Notes: a model not told the origin generated them from the sequence alone. A stretch of 64,000 nt of DNA from Nitrosopumilaceae archaeon (GCA_965208905.1 OZ242365.1:224001-288000), one strand, 5' to 3'. Counted from the stretch's first letter, positions 19,192 through 29,158 are shown. Numbers and translations are program-made.

Positions 19192-21090
19192 ATGGATAAG
19201 TGGGTTGGCGATATGTTTGAAGAGCCAGAGAACGAGTCGGTCATGCCAACCCGGGTCAAAAAGATCTTTTCAGCCATGGACAGTCCCCAGAGATTGAGAA
19301 TTCTTAGGGCACTAAACTCAAAAGGTCCGCTCAGTTATTCAGAGCTTAAAAGACTTGCCGGCTTTCATCCCAAAAGTGAGAGTGGTAAGTTCGCATATCA
19401 TCTGCGCAGCTTGGACAATCCGGGTCTGGTATTGTTGGACAAAAATACCAAACGGTACGACATTACTAATCTAGGAAAGATGTCCATAAGTCTGGTAAAA
19501 CAGATAGAAGAAAAGTCCATTCATGAGTCCAGTCGAATGTACGTGAGAACATCTCATCAGGCCATAGAAGAGTTTAACGCAGATAAGATAATGCGATCCT
19601 TGGTACGTGAGGGGAGTATGCCCATGGATCTTGCGCAGCGCATCACCGAAGAGACGGAGAACCGCATATACAAGTATCAGACATCTCATCTTACAGGGCC
19701 TCTAATTCGAGAGTTGGTGAATGCCGTACTTTTGGAGGGCGGACATGAAGGCTATAGGAGCAAGATGGCCCGGTTGGGCATTCCCGTGCATGATCTACAA
19801 GAGATGCTGACAGATGTCGATAGCGTGATGGCCGGTTTAGAACACATAATGCTAACTGCAGGGCGGCGGGTATTTGTAGAGTATCTACTAACTAATACAT
19901 TGCAGCGAGATGTGGCAGACATGTATCTGTCAGGTGGCATTCACATATCAAATCTGGCTTTATGGCCACTGGCACCAGATACAATATTTCTGAATATCAA
20001 CGACATCATACCGCAGAGTGACATAAAGATATCAAGTCTAGTCAAGATGCTCAACCATGTATTGTGGGAGGCATCCAGTGAAGTTGTAATAGATGGCATA
20101 TCCAATATCGACTCAATATCGCAGTATATGGCAGACACTCTCATCATGATGCACGCACCCCACGGTGCGGCCCACCTGTCACTATATGTACCATTGAACT
20201 CAAAGTCCATACATGGCATATTAGAGGCGTACAAGACCTATGTCAAAAGTGTGGACACTCCCACAGCAGGGCTTGTCATAGATACAAAAGATACCAAGAT
20301 TGCAGAATTTTCAGACATATTATCAGATATTATAAAATGTAACGGAGTCATAACTATTACCAAACAAAAGTCTGGTAAAAGTGGTATCATAGACAGTAAC
20401 GATAAGGGGGCATCAGCAAAGATGCACTCGCTGGCCATAAATCTGCCTAGTTTGGCTTACGAGTCAGAGGGTGATGAGGCGTACTTTCGGGCAAAGTTAG
20501 CAATGAGTATGGAACCCATAATATCAGCATTGGAGTCAAGACGAAAGGATATTGCCGACATTACACGTTGGGGGCTTAATCCGATTCTTGCAGAGAACAT
20601 CATAAAGCAAGAGAAAAGGTCTGTAAATATCACTATCAATTTAGTGGGAATGCATGAGGCCATGACTCACATTTTAGGAGACGATTACCCGCCCAAAATG
20701 GTGCTCAAAGTATTAGAGACTGCCAACCATGTTGTATCAAAGATTAGTGGTAAGACAGGTCTCCCCATACTGATATCCATGATACATGCAGATGGCATCT
20801 CCCGTCTGGTGGAATTAGACGCAAAGAAGTACGGTAAAGACAAGGTGTATAATATGCAGGATGGTAGATATCAGCACGGTGTCAGTATAGATGTACGTCA
20901 GACCATAATACCAGGACAACTAGATCGCATAATATCAAATGCAAAGAAGGCTGCTGCTGTTTTGGGTGGAGGCCTGTACACCGAATTGTCATACCAAAAG
21001 AGTACGCCGCAGTCAGATATCATACGTGGAATAGAGTTGTTATCAGATCATCTCAACTTTACAGTAAAGCTCAAACACGACTCATCTTAA
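19192..21090 (+). CDS. ArsR-type HTH + ATP-cone + degenerate NrdD-like protein
   Basis: RLRILRAL..SYSELK..GKFAYHL wHTH; VRTS..EEFNADKI ATP cone; INL motifs of the class III RNR fold. Confidence 0.75.
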   Translation: MDKWVGDMFEEPENESVMPTRVKKIFSAMDSPQRLRILRALNSKGPLSYSELKRLAGFHPKSESGKFAYHLRSLDNPGLVLLDKNTKRYDITNLGKMSISLVKQIEEKSIHESSRMYVRTSHQAIEEFNADKIMRSLVREGSMPMDLAQRITEETENRIYKYQTSHLTGPLIRELVNAVLLEGGHEGYRSKMARLGIPVHDLQEMLTDVDSVMAGLEHIMLTAGRRVFVEYLLTNTLQRDVADMYLSGGIHISNLALWPLAPDTIFLNINDIIPQSDIKISSLVKMLNHVLWEASSEVVIDGISNIDSISQYMADTLIMMHAPHGAAHLSLYVPLNSKSIHGILEAYKTYVKSVDTPTAGLVIDTKDTKIAEFSDILSDIIKCNGVITITKQKSGKSGIIDSNDKGASAKMHSLAINLPSLAYESEGDEAYFRAKLAMSMEPIISALESRRKDIADITRWGLNPILAENIIKQEKRSVNITINLVGMHEAMTHILGDDYPPKMVLKVLETANHVVSKISGKTGLPILISMIHADGISRLVELDAKKYGKDKVYNMQDGRYQHGVSIDVRQTIIPGQLDRIISNAKKAAAVLGGGLYTELSYQKSTPQSDIIRGIELLSDHLNFTVKLKHDSS

Positions 21091-21340
21091 AGTCGCGGCG
21101 AGGCTGCTGAAGAGACAGTAGTATCTGTTTTAACTGCTCATCAGTGACAGGGGGACTCAGACGGCCCTGAGTCATCATGGAAAGTAGATAATTTTCGACC
21201 TGTGTGGCCAAATCTGGTCGGACCATGCGAACATTGCCCAATCGTAGACGTGACTCGGGATTAAGGATTCGACGTAATAGTGCATCTTTTTGTGCAGCAG
21301 CTTCATTGGCCTGTTCATCATTAAATTCAGGAGTGCTCAT
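21071..21340 (-). CDS. PDCD5-like DNA-binding protein
   Basis: ILNPESRLRLGNVRMVRPDLA..VE motif; follows rps19e. Confidence 0.88.
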   Translation of the reverse strand: MSTPEFNDEQANEAAAQKDALLRRILNPESRLRLGNVRMVRPDLATQVENYLLSMMTQGRLSPPVTDEQLKQILLSLQQPRRDFKMSRV

Positions 21341-21342
21341 AT

Positions 21343-21795
21343 CTACATGTATACCCGAAGTTTGGGATTCTCCTGTACCATCTCTTTGAGTATGTCAGTG
21401 GATAGATTGTCTAACTTTTTCATGCCTGCAGAGGTTACGACACGTCCCCTCTTATCTATCGCCTCTACCAAGCCCAACTTCTCCAAACCATGTACGGCAT
21501 TGCGAATTATGGCACCACCACCAGCGCGGTGATGTGCGGCTCCATATCCAGACGGCTTTCCGCCTCCGTACTCTTTGCGCAACCTGCTAATTCCAACAGG
21601 GCCCTCCAAGTATATCTTGCGCAGAATAGATGCGCAACGGGTGTACCACCAGTCTTTTTGATGGGGCGGTCTGTCAGCATGTACTCCAGTCTTTACAAAT
21701 ATCGTCCATTCGGGCTTCTCTATACCACTATCCTGCAGGTATTGTGCTGTACGTGTGATGAGCTCGTGTGGCGGTACATCATATACTTTTGCCAT
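21343..21795 (-). CDS. rps19e: 30S ribosomal protein S19e
   Basis: VKTG, WWYTRCASILRKIY, YGG. Confidence 0.95.
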   Translation of the reverse strand: MAKVYDVPPHELITRTAQYLQDSGIEKPEWTIFVKTGVHADRPPHQKDWWYTRCASILRKIYLEGPVGISRLRKEYGGGKPSGYGAAHHRAGGGAIIRNAVHGLEKLGLVEAIDKRGRVVTSAGMKKLDNLSTDILKEMVQENPKLRVYM

Positions 21796-22008
21796 ATTTT
21801 TTTATTTTCTTGTCTATTTATAAATCATAATTGAGCAGAAGAGCGTTTTATAATTTATCACCTTGGTCAACACCACCTAACTTTCAACGTATCAAAGTCA
21901 TACAAGTTGTGATGACGTAATAGATATCTCTTGATTATGCGCACTCCCCTAGGACACATCTTTGTATATGAAGACAGGTATATAATTCCCCCATACACCA
22001 CATGTACA

Positions 22009-22512
22009 GTGTATATTGTATCTGTGTTGTTGTGTATTTGTATTATATTGGTAGCAGGAGATGCATATGCGCACTCTCTATTCAACTCTGCTGAAGAGTT
22101 CTATGGTGGATATAGGGTACAAGTAGCAACAACTCCTGAATTTCCCCAGATAGACGAGATCTCGACAATTCTAATCCGTGTGACAGACGAAGACTTTGAG
22201 GAGGTTGATAGCTTCACCATGGGTCTGCGATTCTTTTATAATGATCTACAAGTAGATGCTGTGCCGCCCCAGAGCCACCAGGGAGGACACTGGGATATCG
22301 ACTACATCTGGAAGAAAGAGGGAAATCACATAGTGATGGTGGATATGTATAGTGTGAATGGAGATAGCACAGACATATTGACATATACGTTCAACATGGG
22401 AACTCAGAGTCCGTTTGGATATATCTTCATATCCGCCATAACCGTGGGCGCCCTTACATTTACAGGAATAATGACATACATCTATCTTCCAAAGATACTG
22501 CGGCGCCGTTGA
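22009..22512 (+). CDS. hypothetical secreted/membrane-anchored protein
   Basis: Signal peptide ending AYAH; C-terminal TM helix plus basic tail; start uncertain. Confidence 0.7.
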   Translation: MYIVSVLLCICIILVAGDAYAHSLFNSAEEFYGGYRVQVATTPEFPQIDEISTILIRVTDEDFEEVDSFTMGLRFFYNDLQVDAVPPQSHQGGHWDIDYIWKKEGNHIVMVDMYSVNGDSTDILTYTFNMGTQSPFGYIFISAITVGALTFTGIMTYIYLPKILRRR

Positions 22513-22673
22513 ATTTGGCATTTCTGTATAGACAGCCCAAGTATCATCTATAGTATAGAAGGAGTATACGTTAATGTCCAAAGGCATACACCATACAGAA
22601 TAGTTGGATGCCTGTGACGGTTGGCTGCTTACCACCCTACCTATATGATATCATAGTACAGTAGTTTCAAGAG

Positions 22674-23117
22674 TTATGTGTGCGCAGGCATCTCTATCTT
22701 TGATATGCGAAACGCAAAGAGGGTGGTTAATAGCACCATTGAAAACAACAGTATGCCTATACCCAGATGTATGGCGACTAGTACGGCGTGCAGATTCATA
22801 TCGATTACCAAGGCACCTAGTGTTATCTGAGTAACAACAAAGGCGGATGCCAAAGAGCTGGTCAGTTTTATCTTCAGGTCGGCACGCTTGTTCATGTATG
22901 ATGCGACCATTGTAGCAAGTACCAATGCACCCGTAGTGGCAGCTATCAGGCGATGCACCCATTCTATGAGATACTCTTCAGATGGCATCACGCCATTAGG
23001 ACACAGTGGCCACTCCGGGCAGGTCAAGCCCAAGCCAGCAGCAGAGATGTACCCGCCAATAAACATCAGCGAATAGAGTACTATCATTGTACATAATGCT
23101 AGATACTGTATAGCCAA
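22674..23117 (-). CDS. ctaA: heme A synthase (short COX15/CtaA family)
   Basis: GLTCPEWPLC, EWVHR, HLG; lies in the cox cluster. Confidence 0.88.
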   Translation of the reverse strand: MAIQYLALCTMIVLYSLMFIGGYISAAGLGLTCPEWPLCPNGVMPSEEYLIEWVHRLIAATTGALVLATMVASYMNKRADLKIKLTSSLASAFVVTQITLGALVIDMNLHAVLVAIHLGIGILLFSMVLLTTLFAFRISKIEMPAHT

Positions 23118-23121
23118 GATA

Positions 23122-24072
23122 CTATTCCACTATGAAGGTCCCTTGCATGCCTTGTAGTGCATGGCCAGGAACTGTACATATGTAATAGTAGGTTCCAGGC
23201 GTATCTGCCACAAAGTTTACCTGACCGCTCTGACCTCCAGTCAGGGGTATATTTGCGGAACCTATTGCAGAGTCCCACATTATGGAATTAAAGTTTGCGG
23301 GATCCCGTACTATCGCAAATGAATGGAACGATATTCCTTGGTTTGTAGAAGAGATATTCACCTCATCTCCAGCGGTTACACGAATTTCAGGGTTTGCTCC
23401 TTCTGTACCGGGAACAGCAGAGAATGCAAACGTCAAAAAGTCATCGGACTCGTAAAAGTCCAGTGTAAAGTCATGGACAGTTCCAGTGGGCTCTACGGCA
23501 GATTCCTCTTGGCCGGCCGCACCAACAATTATCTCACCTACCATTCCCTGTTCGCGGTGACCAGGAACAGTACAGAGATAGTAGTAAGTACCTTCGCTAG
23601 GTGGTATGAACTCGGATGTGCCTGACTGGCCGTTTGTTAGGGGGTTCATTGCAGTTCCTATCTCAGAGCCTGGAAATATTCCTTCAGTACCACTCTCTTC
23701 GGCAGTAACACCAAAGGAGTGAAATGATATACCCTCACTGACTACGTTGAACACAATCTTGTCGCCTACTTGAGCGTTGATCGTCGGATTTGCGCCAGGT
23801 TCACCTAGTACCTCATTAAATGAAAAGTCTCTAAAGTCTGCAGACTCTACAAATACCAGATCTACCGTAAGTAGACTGCCGGTGAAGGAGCCCAACTCTT
23901 GCTCAACGGCCTCGCTCATTATTGCCACTATGGGAGGAGCTTCAGATATCCAATAGTCCCATAGTCCAAAGAATATACCGCCACCAGATATGCAGATGCC
24001 CAGCATTATGGCCATCATCTTGGCGGTCCTAGCAGGACTCGTTCTCATTATTGGTGTGTCTTCATTTACCAT
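23122..24072 (-). CDS. membrane-anchored di-domain blue (type 1) copper protein
   Basis: Two HSF...YYxCTVPGH..GM sites and an N-terminal TM helix. Confidence 0.88.
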   Translation of the reverse strand: MVNEDTPIMRTSPARTAKMMAIMLGICISGGGIFFGLWDYWISEAPPIVAIMSEAVEQELGSFTGSLLTVDLVFVESADFRDFSFNEVLGEPGANPTINAQVGDKIVFNVVSEGISFHSFGVTAEESGTEGIFPGSEIGTAMNPLTNGQSGTSEFIPPSEGTYYYLCTVPGHREQGMVGEIIVGAAGQEESAVEPTGTVHDFTLDFYESDDFLTFAFSAVPGTEGANPEIRVTAGDEVNISSTNQGISFHSFAIVRDPANFNSIMWDSAIGSANIPLTGGQSGQVNFVADTPGTYYYICTVPGHALQGMQGTFIVE

Positions 24073-24082
24073 ATCTTATCAC

Positions 24083-25609
24083 CTAATGATGTGGGTTCTT
24101 TTGGGTATGCGGATAGTAGTAGCGGCCACCCAACCCAAATGGATCCTCCATATTTGCCTCTGGTCCTTTTGCAGAACTATATATCATATTACCCAACCAA
24201 ATGGCCATGCTGATTCCAATGAGCATGGCGCCAACTGTAGCTATCTGATTCATGGCAATCCACTCAGGTATAGGTGGATAGTCGTATATGCGTCTGGGCA
24301 TTCCGTATAGTCCTAGTACATGTTGTGTAAAGAATACCATTACAGTTCCTATCATGGCCAACACAAAGTGTATCTTGCCCAATACTTCGTGATACATACG
24401 GCCAGTCACGTATGGGAACATGTAGTATACATATCCTATTGTGCCAAATGCAATAGTTCCCATTACAAAGAGATGGAAGTGGCCCACCACCCAATAAGAG
24501 TCGTGCGTAACAAAGTCCAAGGGCATGGCGCTGTTTACCACACCACCAGCTCCAGCCGAGAAGAAGAGTGCAATTCCACCTACAGCCCACATCATGGGTG
24601 TGGAGAATCGTATACGACCACCCCACATGGTAGCGAGGAAGTTAAAGACATGCATTGCCGATGCTGGAACCGCCGCCAGTGTACCCACCATAAAGACAGT
24701 CTTCTCTGTGAATGACATGCCAGTGGCATACATGTGGTGCGCCCAAGACGAGAATCCCACTATGGCCAGTATTATAAAGGCGGCCAGTCCTGAGGCATGA
24801 CTAAAGATGGGTTTGCGGGAGAAGCGAGGGATTATCTCATACATCATGCCTATGGCAGGTATGACCAGTACATACACTTCAGGGTGGAATGTAAACCAAA
24901 AGAGGTGTGCGTATGCGATGGGGTCGCCACCCATGGCAGGATTAAAGAATCCCGAGACGCCCAACCTGTCTGTAAGCAACATAAGTAGTGCAGCAGCAAA
25001 TGTTGGGAGTGCCACTAGTATTATCAAGGATGATGAGAGAAATGACCATGCCAATAACGGAACCTGACCTAGCGACATGTCTGGGTGTTTGCACTTCATT
25101 ATAGTTACAACAAAGTTGATGGCTCCCAGTATGGAGGAGACTCCCAGTATCTTTAGGCCGAATATCCACATGTCTGCGGCAGGACCTGGTGCGCTGATTA
25201 TAGAGTAGGGTGGCGTGGCATACCAAGTAAAGTCGGCAAACCCTAGCCATATCAAGGCCCCTCCTGGAGGAATCATCCAAAAGGCTATGGCGTTTAGTTT
25301 TGGATACGCCATATCCTTGTAGCGTACCATTATTGGAACAAAGTAGTTTCCCACCGCCGATGCCGAAGGCAATATGAACAGAAATATCAATGTGGTGCCG
25401 TGTACTGTAAACATACGGTTGAACGTCATGGAGTCGGCGATAATCTGTGAGCCCGGAAAGAAGAGCTCCGCTCGGATGGCCAGCGCCAATGCGCCTCCCA
25501 AAAACAGAAATCCCAAAGACATTATCAGGTATAGAAGGCCCACATCTGTGTGGTGTGTTGAGAACATTATCTGCCAGATGGGTCGTGGTTTGTGCAGTTC
25601 CAGTACCAT
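24083..25609 (-). CDS. coxA: heme-copper oxidase subunit I
   Basis: TVHG, WFTFHPEVY, WAHH, HFH. Confidence 0.95.
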   Translation of the reverse strand: MVLELHKPRPIWQIMFSTHHTDVGLLYLIMSLGFLFLGGALALAIRAELFFPGSQIIADSMTFNRMFTVHGTTLIFLFILPSASAVGNYFVPIMVRYKDMAYPKLNAIAFWMIPPGGALIWLGFADFTWYATPPYSIISAPGPAADMWIFGLKILGVSSILGAINFVVTIMKCKHPDMSLGQVPLLAWSFLSSSLIILVALPTFAAALLMLLTDRLGVSGFFNPAMGGDPIAYAHLFWFTFHPEVYVLVIPAIGMMYEIIPRFSRKPIFSHASGLAAFIILAIVGFSSWAHHMYATGMSFTEKTVFMVGTLAAVPASAMHVFNFLATMWGGRIRFSTPMMWAVGGIALFFSAGAGGVVNSAMPLDFVTHDSYWVVGHFHLFVMGTIAFGTIGYVYYMFPYVTGRMYHEVLGKIHFVLAMIGTVMVFFTQHVLGLYGMPRRIYDYPPIPEWIAMNQIATVGAMLIGISMAIWLGNMIYSSAKGPEANMEDPFGLGGRYYYPHTQKNPHH

Positions 25610-25645
25610 GTTATGTAATCCCTCCATGCACGGTTAAAATTCTTT

Positions 25646-26077
25646 TCAAGATGGGTCCTCCACGTATAGTTTTCCTCGCATGTTATAGTGAATTAGACCG
25701 CAGTATTCACGGCACTGAATATCGTACTCCCCAGCTTCGGTGGGAGAGAACCATACAGTGTTAATACGACCAGGCACGGCATCCAACAACACCACATAAT
25801 CATGTATGTTAAATGAGTGATTTACATCAGTCGATGTTATCTCAAATTTGTACGCCTTGCCGGTCTCCAGATGTAGTTCGCCCACCTCCTTTGTACCATC
25901 TTCATGCTCAAATGTCCAGAACCACTGCTGGCCGACCACTTTAATTATCTCAGCGTCTTCGGGTACATGCTCCACCAATCGCTCCACATTCCAGGCTTCA
26001 GCTCCCACCCAACAGAGTAGAGCTACCACGACTCCTATGTACACCCACTCAGGCCAGCTAGAATGTTCATCAGACAT
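25646..26077 (-). CDS. coxB: heme-copper oxidase subunit II, CuA domain
   Basis: GQQWFW, DVNHSF, CREYCGLIHYNM. Confidence 0.92.
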   Translation of the reverse strand: MSDEHSSWPEWVYIGVVVALLCWVGAEAWNVERLVEHVPEDAEIIKVVGQQWFWTFEHEDGTKEVGELHLETGKAYKFEITSTDVNHSFNIHDYVVLLDAVPGRINTVWFSPTEAGEYDIQCREYCGLIHYNMRGKLYVEDPS

Positions 26078-26078
26078 A

Positions 26079-26330
26079 CTACCAATCAGTCCCCTCATAT
26101 TTGGTTGGTTTTGCATTTGGGTGAGACTCTCTGAATCTCCATATCAGCCATATTATTGTACCAGATACAACAGCCCCTATTGTAATTGCAACCACCATCA
26201 TTCTAAAGAATAGATTCCATATCTCAACACGACGATCAAGATACTCGCCGGGTTCGGCGGTGGCAGCAAACGCCACATTAACTGTAAACATAACCGCCAT
26301 CATAACTAAAGCTCCAATAATGTATCGCAT
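26079..26330 (-). CDS. small membrane protein resembling the N-terminal TM part of oxidase subunit II
   Basis: IWNLF..TM..WRFRESHP; directly upstream of coxB. Confidence 0.7.
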   Translation of the reverse strand: MRYIIGALVMMAVMFTVNVAFAATAEPGEYLDRRVEIWNLFFRMMVVAITIGAVVSGTIIWLIWRFRESHPNAKPTKYEGTDW

Positions 26331-26374
26331 TCCCTATTCACGATTCTATTAGGAATTCTATTTAATGGTTTACA

Positions 26375-26549
26375 GGGGTATGTCCTACTAGTATAAAGCT
26401 CCCGGAGTTTCCCCCGGCGACCTTATATCAGTAGCATAATTGGATACATCCAGGCGGTCGTCCAGAGATGGTGACTCATCACCCACATAAAGCAAGCTCC
26501 TCGCCTCCCCTTTAGGCCGCCGCCCTTCACCGTCGCATGGAAACCACAA
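26375..26549 (-). repeat. ~175-bp dispersed repeat, copy A
   Basis: Reverse complement aligns with 61949-62122 (shared GACGGTGAAGGGCGGC, GATGAGTCA.CATCTCTGGA, TTTATACTAGT). Confidence 0.85.
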
Positions 26550-26694
26550 GACGATACAGTCCAACAATTGTTGAACGCACTGCTCCCAATCCCAGTCTTA
26601 GTCATGGGCTGTGACGTTATCTGCGCGTGTCCCAAGACAGCGCGTTTGACAACCCGTCGTATAGTTGAGTAGACAAATCTCCTGAATACACCGC

Positions 26695-26701
26695 TTAAAT
26701 A
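26695..26701 (+). promoter_or_regulatory. putative TATA box of tnpB-2
   Basis: TTAAATA 21 nt upstream of ATG 26723. Confidence 0.5.
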
Positions 26702-26722
26702 CCACCGAACTCATTGTATAAT

Positions 26723-28021
26723 ATGAAGTACAAAGACGAAAAGTACGTCATAAAGACTCTACAGTACCGTCTTAAGATATCCACCAGACTCACTCGATAC
26801 TTTAACTCAATGTATTCGGAATCCCACATATGGCTCAATGCAGGAATAAGGGCGCGTAAGGCTGGACTGACGGTGTTTGACACCAATAAGATAGCCACTA
26901 TATGCCAGACCATCCCCCAGGCCTGGGTTCGCGGCGCCATACGTGAAGGCCACAAGATAGAAGGCTGTACGCATGTAAGATATGGTAGGAAGGTTTACCC
27001 CCTGTTTAGTAACGTGCCACTCGGTAAAAAATCCAAAGGTACAACGGTGTATTTCCCAAGATGTAATATACCATTCAAACTACAGAAAGGGCATCTACCC
27101 AATACATCCCAATCATATAAGATAGTGGATGTCACGAACACTACAGACAAGGAGAGGCAGTTCGAACTACATGTAACTATACGTGAGCATGTCCCGGACC
27201 GCGTAGCGACGGGTGTACATGCTGGTATTGATATGGGTGGTAAGCACACGCTTGTTGTTGGAAAGTCCGATGGTAGTATTGCCATGCTGACATTACGTGA
27301 GAAGGATACTATACGGAACATAGCGCGTATGCAAAAGAAGATGAGTAGGTGCAAACTTCACTCCCGCAAGTGGCGCAACCTGCATGATACATTAAACAGC
27401 ATATACCGTAAGTTGGGAAATAGACAGAAAGACAAGCTGCGCAAGTTCTCAAAGAAACTAATGCGGCAGTGTGATAGAATAATCATGGAGGGGATGAACC
27501 TCCGTACAATGACGACCAAGGGTCCCGGGCAGACGCCCAAAAATCGTACGATGCGACAAAGTCATTGTGGTGAGGCGCGGGAGCACATTTCACAACAATA
27601 CCTACGATATAATGTAGAATATACGGAGATAAACCCAAAGAATACCTCAAAGCAGTGCTGTATGTGCGGTAGTTTGAATACGTGGCGCAAGAGCAGTAAG
27701 TTTAGGTGTCATAACTGCGGTATAGTGTGTCATGCGGACATCAATGCGGCATTCAACATACTTTTCGCTTTTCGTATTATACAGTGGAGTAAGCGCGCTC
27801 AGGGCGTTTATTCCCTACAAAACAAGGCTGGAATGGTCTTGAGAGGAAAGATACATCTCGCGACACTTACTATACCCAGTGTCGTTGGTGATGTGATGGC
27901 CGGTACAGGCTGTCACCAGGCTAGGCGTCAAAACCCGGCTGACAATGAACGTCTCTTGGAAACTCCTCTGGATGGTAATTTGCCAACATTTGTTGTACTG
28001 GGCGCAGGCCCAACTGTATAG
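26723..28021 (+). CDS. tnpB: TnpB RNA-guided nuclease
   Basis: RuvC-I AGIDMG, RuvC-II IIMEGMN, TSKQCCMCG...FRCHNCG Zn finger, RuvC-III HADINAAFNI. Confidence 0.9.
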   Translation: MKYKDEKYVIKTLQYRLKISTRLTRYFNSMYSESHIWLNAGIRARKAGLTVFDTNKIATICQTIPQAWVRGAIREGHKIEGCTHVRYGRKVYPLFSNVPLGKKSKGTTVYFPRCNIPFKLQKGHLPNTSQSYKIVDVTNTTDKERQFELHVTIREHVPDRVATGVHAGIDMGGKHTLVVGKSDGSIAMLTLREKDTIRNIARMQKKMSRCKLHSRKWRNLHDTLNSIYRKLGNRQKDKLRKFSKKLMRQCDRIIMEGMNLRTMTTKGPGQTPKNRTMRQSHCGEAREHISQQYLRYNVEYTEINPKNTSKQCCMCGSLNTWRKSSKFRCHNCGIVCHADINAAFNILFAFRIIQWSKRAQGVYSLQNKAGMVLRGKIHLATLTIPSVVGDVMAGTGCHQARRQNPADNERLLETPLDGNLPTFVVLGAGPTV

Positions 28022-28290
28022 CAGCTGTATTGAGTACGCGCATGTATGGACACGCGCAGATAACGTCACAGCCCACTTGGTCATATGACATGAGTCTATA
28101 AGATGCCTTGTGGCTTTGCAGTACTTTGGTGAAGTGTTATTAACTATTTTGCTTCATTGGTTGTCAAAGATGAGGTGTGCAGCCAAATGCTCTATACGTA
28201 ACAGTACAACAGACAAAATAACAGATAGTTTAGAGGATACCTTTGTACAACAAAGAGACTACATCTACAATACCAACGAGTTGCCCTAGA

Positions 28291-29130
28291 ATGATAAACC
28301 TACTGGATGTGGTAAGATGGACATTCAGGCGTAGTCCATCAGATATAATACGACTCTACAACTCCCTCTCAGGAGTCATGGTCACAGCCACTGGAGGGGC
28401 CAGCCTCAACTTTGGACTGTGGTCGGACGACTGTGTTGAACCACTCTTGGCGCAGGACAATATGGCGCGACACTTTGGCAGGATGGCAGACTTGGATACG
28501 GCCAGTGTCGGGGCGGATGTTGGTTGTGGGCGGGGCGGACCTGCTAAAATATGGCAACAGTTGTATCCTGACTTTGATATAATAGGAGTAGACGTAAACC
28601 GTAGAGGTCTAGTAGAGGCCAAGCGTCTGGACCTTGCAGTCAATGCACTCTCTACTAGTCTACCTCTAGCCAATAACTCGATGGATCGTGTGCTTGCACT
28701 AGAGTCTGCGCAACATTTTCGTCCACTGTCAGTATTCACCAATGAAGCTGCCCGCGTATTGAAGCCTGGCGGCATACTATGTATGGCCATACCAGTCGTC
28801 GGACGACAGTACCACATAAGCCGATTGGGAATGCTTTGGTTGACATGGACATCTGAGCATTACAATGTATCGACCATACATGAGGCAATCAAAGCATCTG
28901 GGCTCCATATACAATATGAAGAGATGGTTGGTCCCATGGTGTATCTGCCGATGGCCAACTACTATATGAATAACAGAGACAGATTACAGGAGAGAATCAC
29001 AGCCACATATCCTAGATATGTAGAGTCAATACTGTATCGCTCCATACTAGACATGAGGCGGGCTTCCACACAGGATGTTATTGAGTATATGATTATAAAA
29101 TGTATAAAGCCATCACATGAGCGTATATGA
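28291..29130 (+). CDS. class I SAM-dependent methyltransferase (sterol/tocopherol MT-like)
   Basis: LNFGLW, DVGCGRGG, LESAQHF, RVLKPGG. Confidence 0.85.
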   Translation: MINLLDVVRWTFRRSPSDIIRLYNSLSGVMVTATGGASLNFGLWSDDCVEPLLAQDNMARHFGRMADLDTASVGADVGCGRGGPAKIWQQLYPDFDIIGVDVNRRGLVEAKRLDLAVNALSTSLPLANNSMDRVLALESAQHFRPLSVFTNEAARVLKPGGILCMAIPVVGRQYHISRLGMLWLTWTSEHYNVSTIHEAIKASGLHIQYEEMVGPMVYLPMANYYMNNRDRLQERITATYPRYVESILYRSILDMRRASTQDVIEYMIIKCIKPSHERI

Positions 29131-29158
29131 GACTATCCGCATAACGGGGAACCACACA

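Larger units (their letters stand above)
26605..28075 (+). mobile_element. non-autonomous TIR/TSD transposon carrying tnpB (element 2)
   Basis: Perfect 28-bp TIRs TGGGCTGTGACGTTATCTGCGCGTGTCC at 26605-26632 and 28048-28075; flanks CTTAGTCA (26597-26604) and CTTGGTCA (28076-28083). Confidence 0.9.

Noticed and set aside
22674-26330. Split subunit II and a blue-copper protein instead of cytochrome c
   Set aside because: Standard complex IV cluster of ammonia-oxidising archaea.
26423-26635. ORF sharing 'MSHHLW' with ORF 62018-62221
   Set aside because: Explained by the DNA repeat; frames, starts and stops are not conserved.
26647-26666. Bacterial sigma70 promoter TTGACA...TATAGT in element 2
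   Set aside because: Spacer is only 8 nt; an archaeal TATA box fits better.
15400-28200. CRISPR array or Cas12f system beside the tnpB genes
   Set aside because: No regularly spaced direct repeats and no cas1/cas2/cas4 seen.
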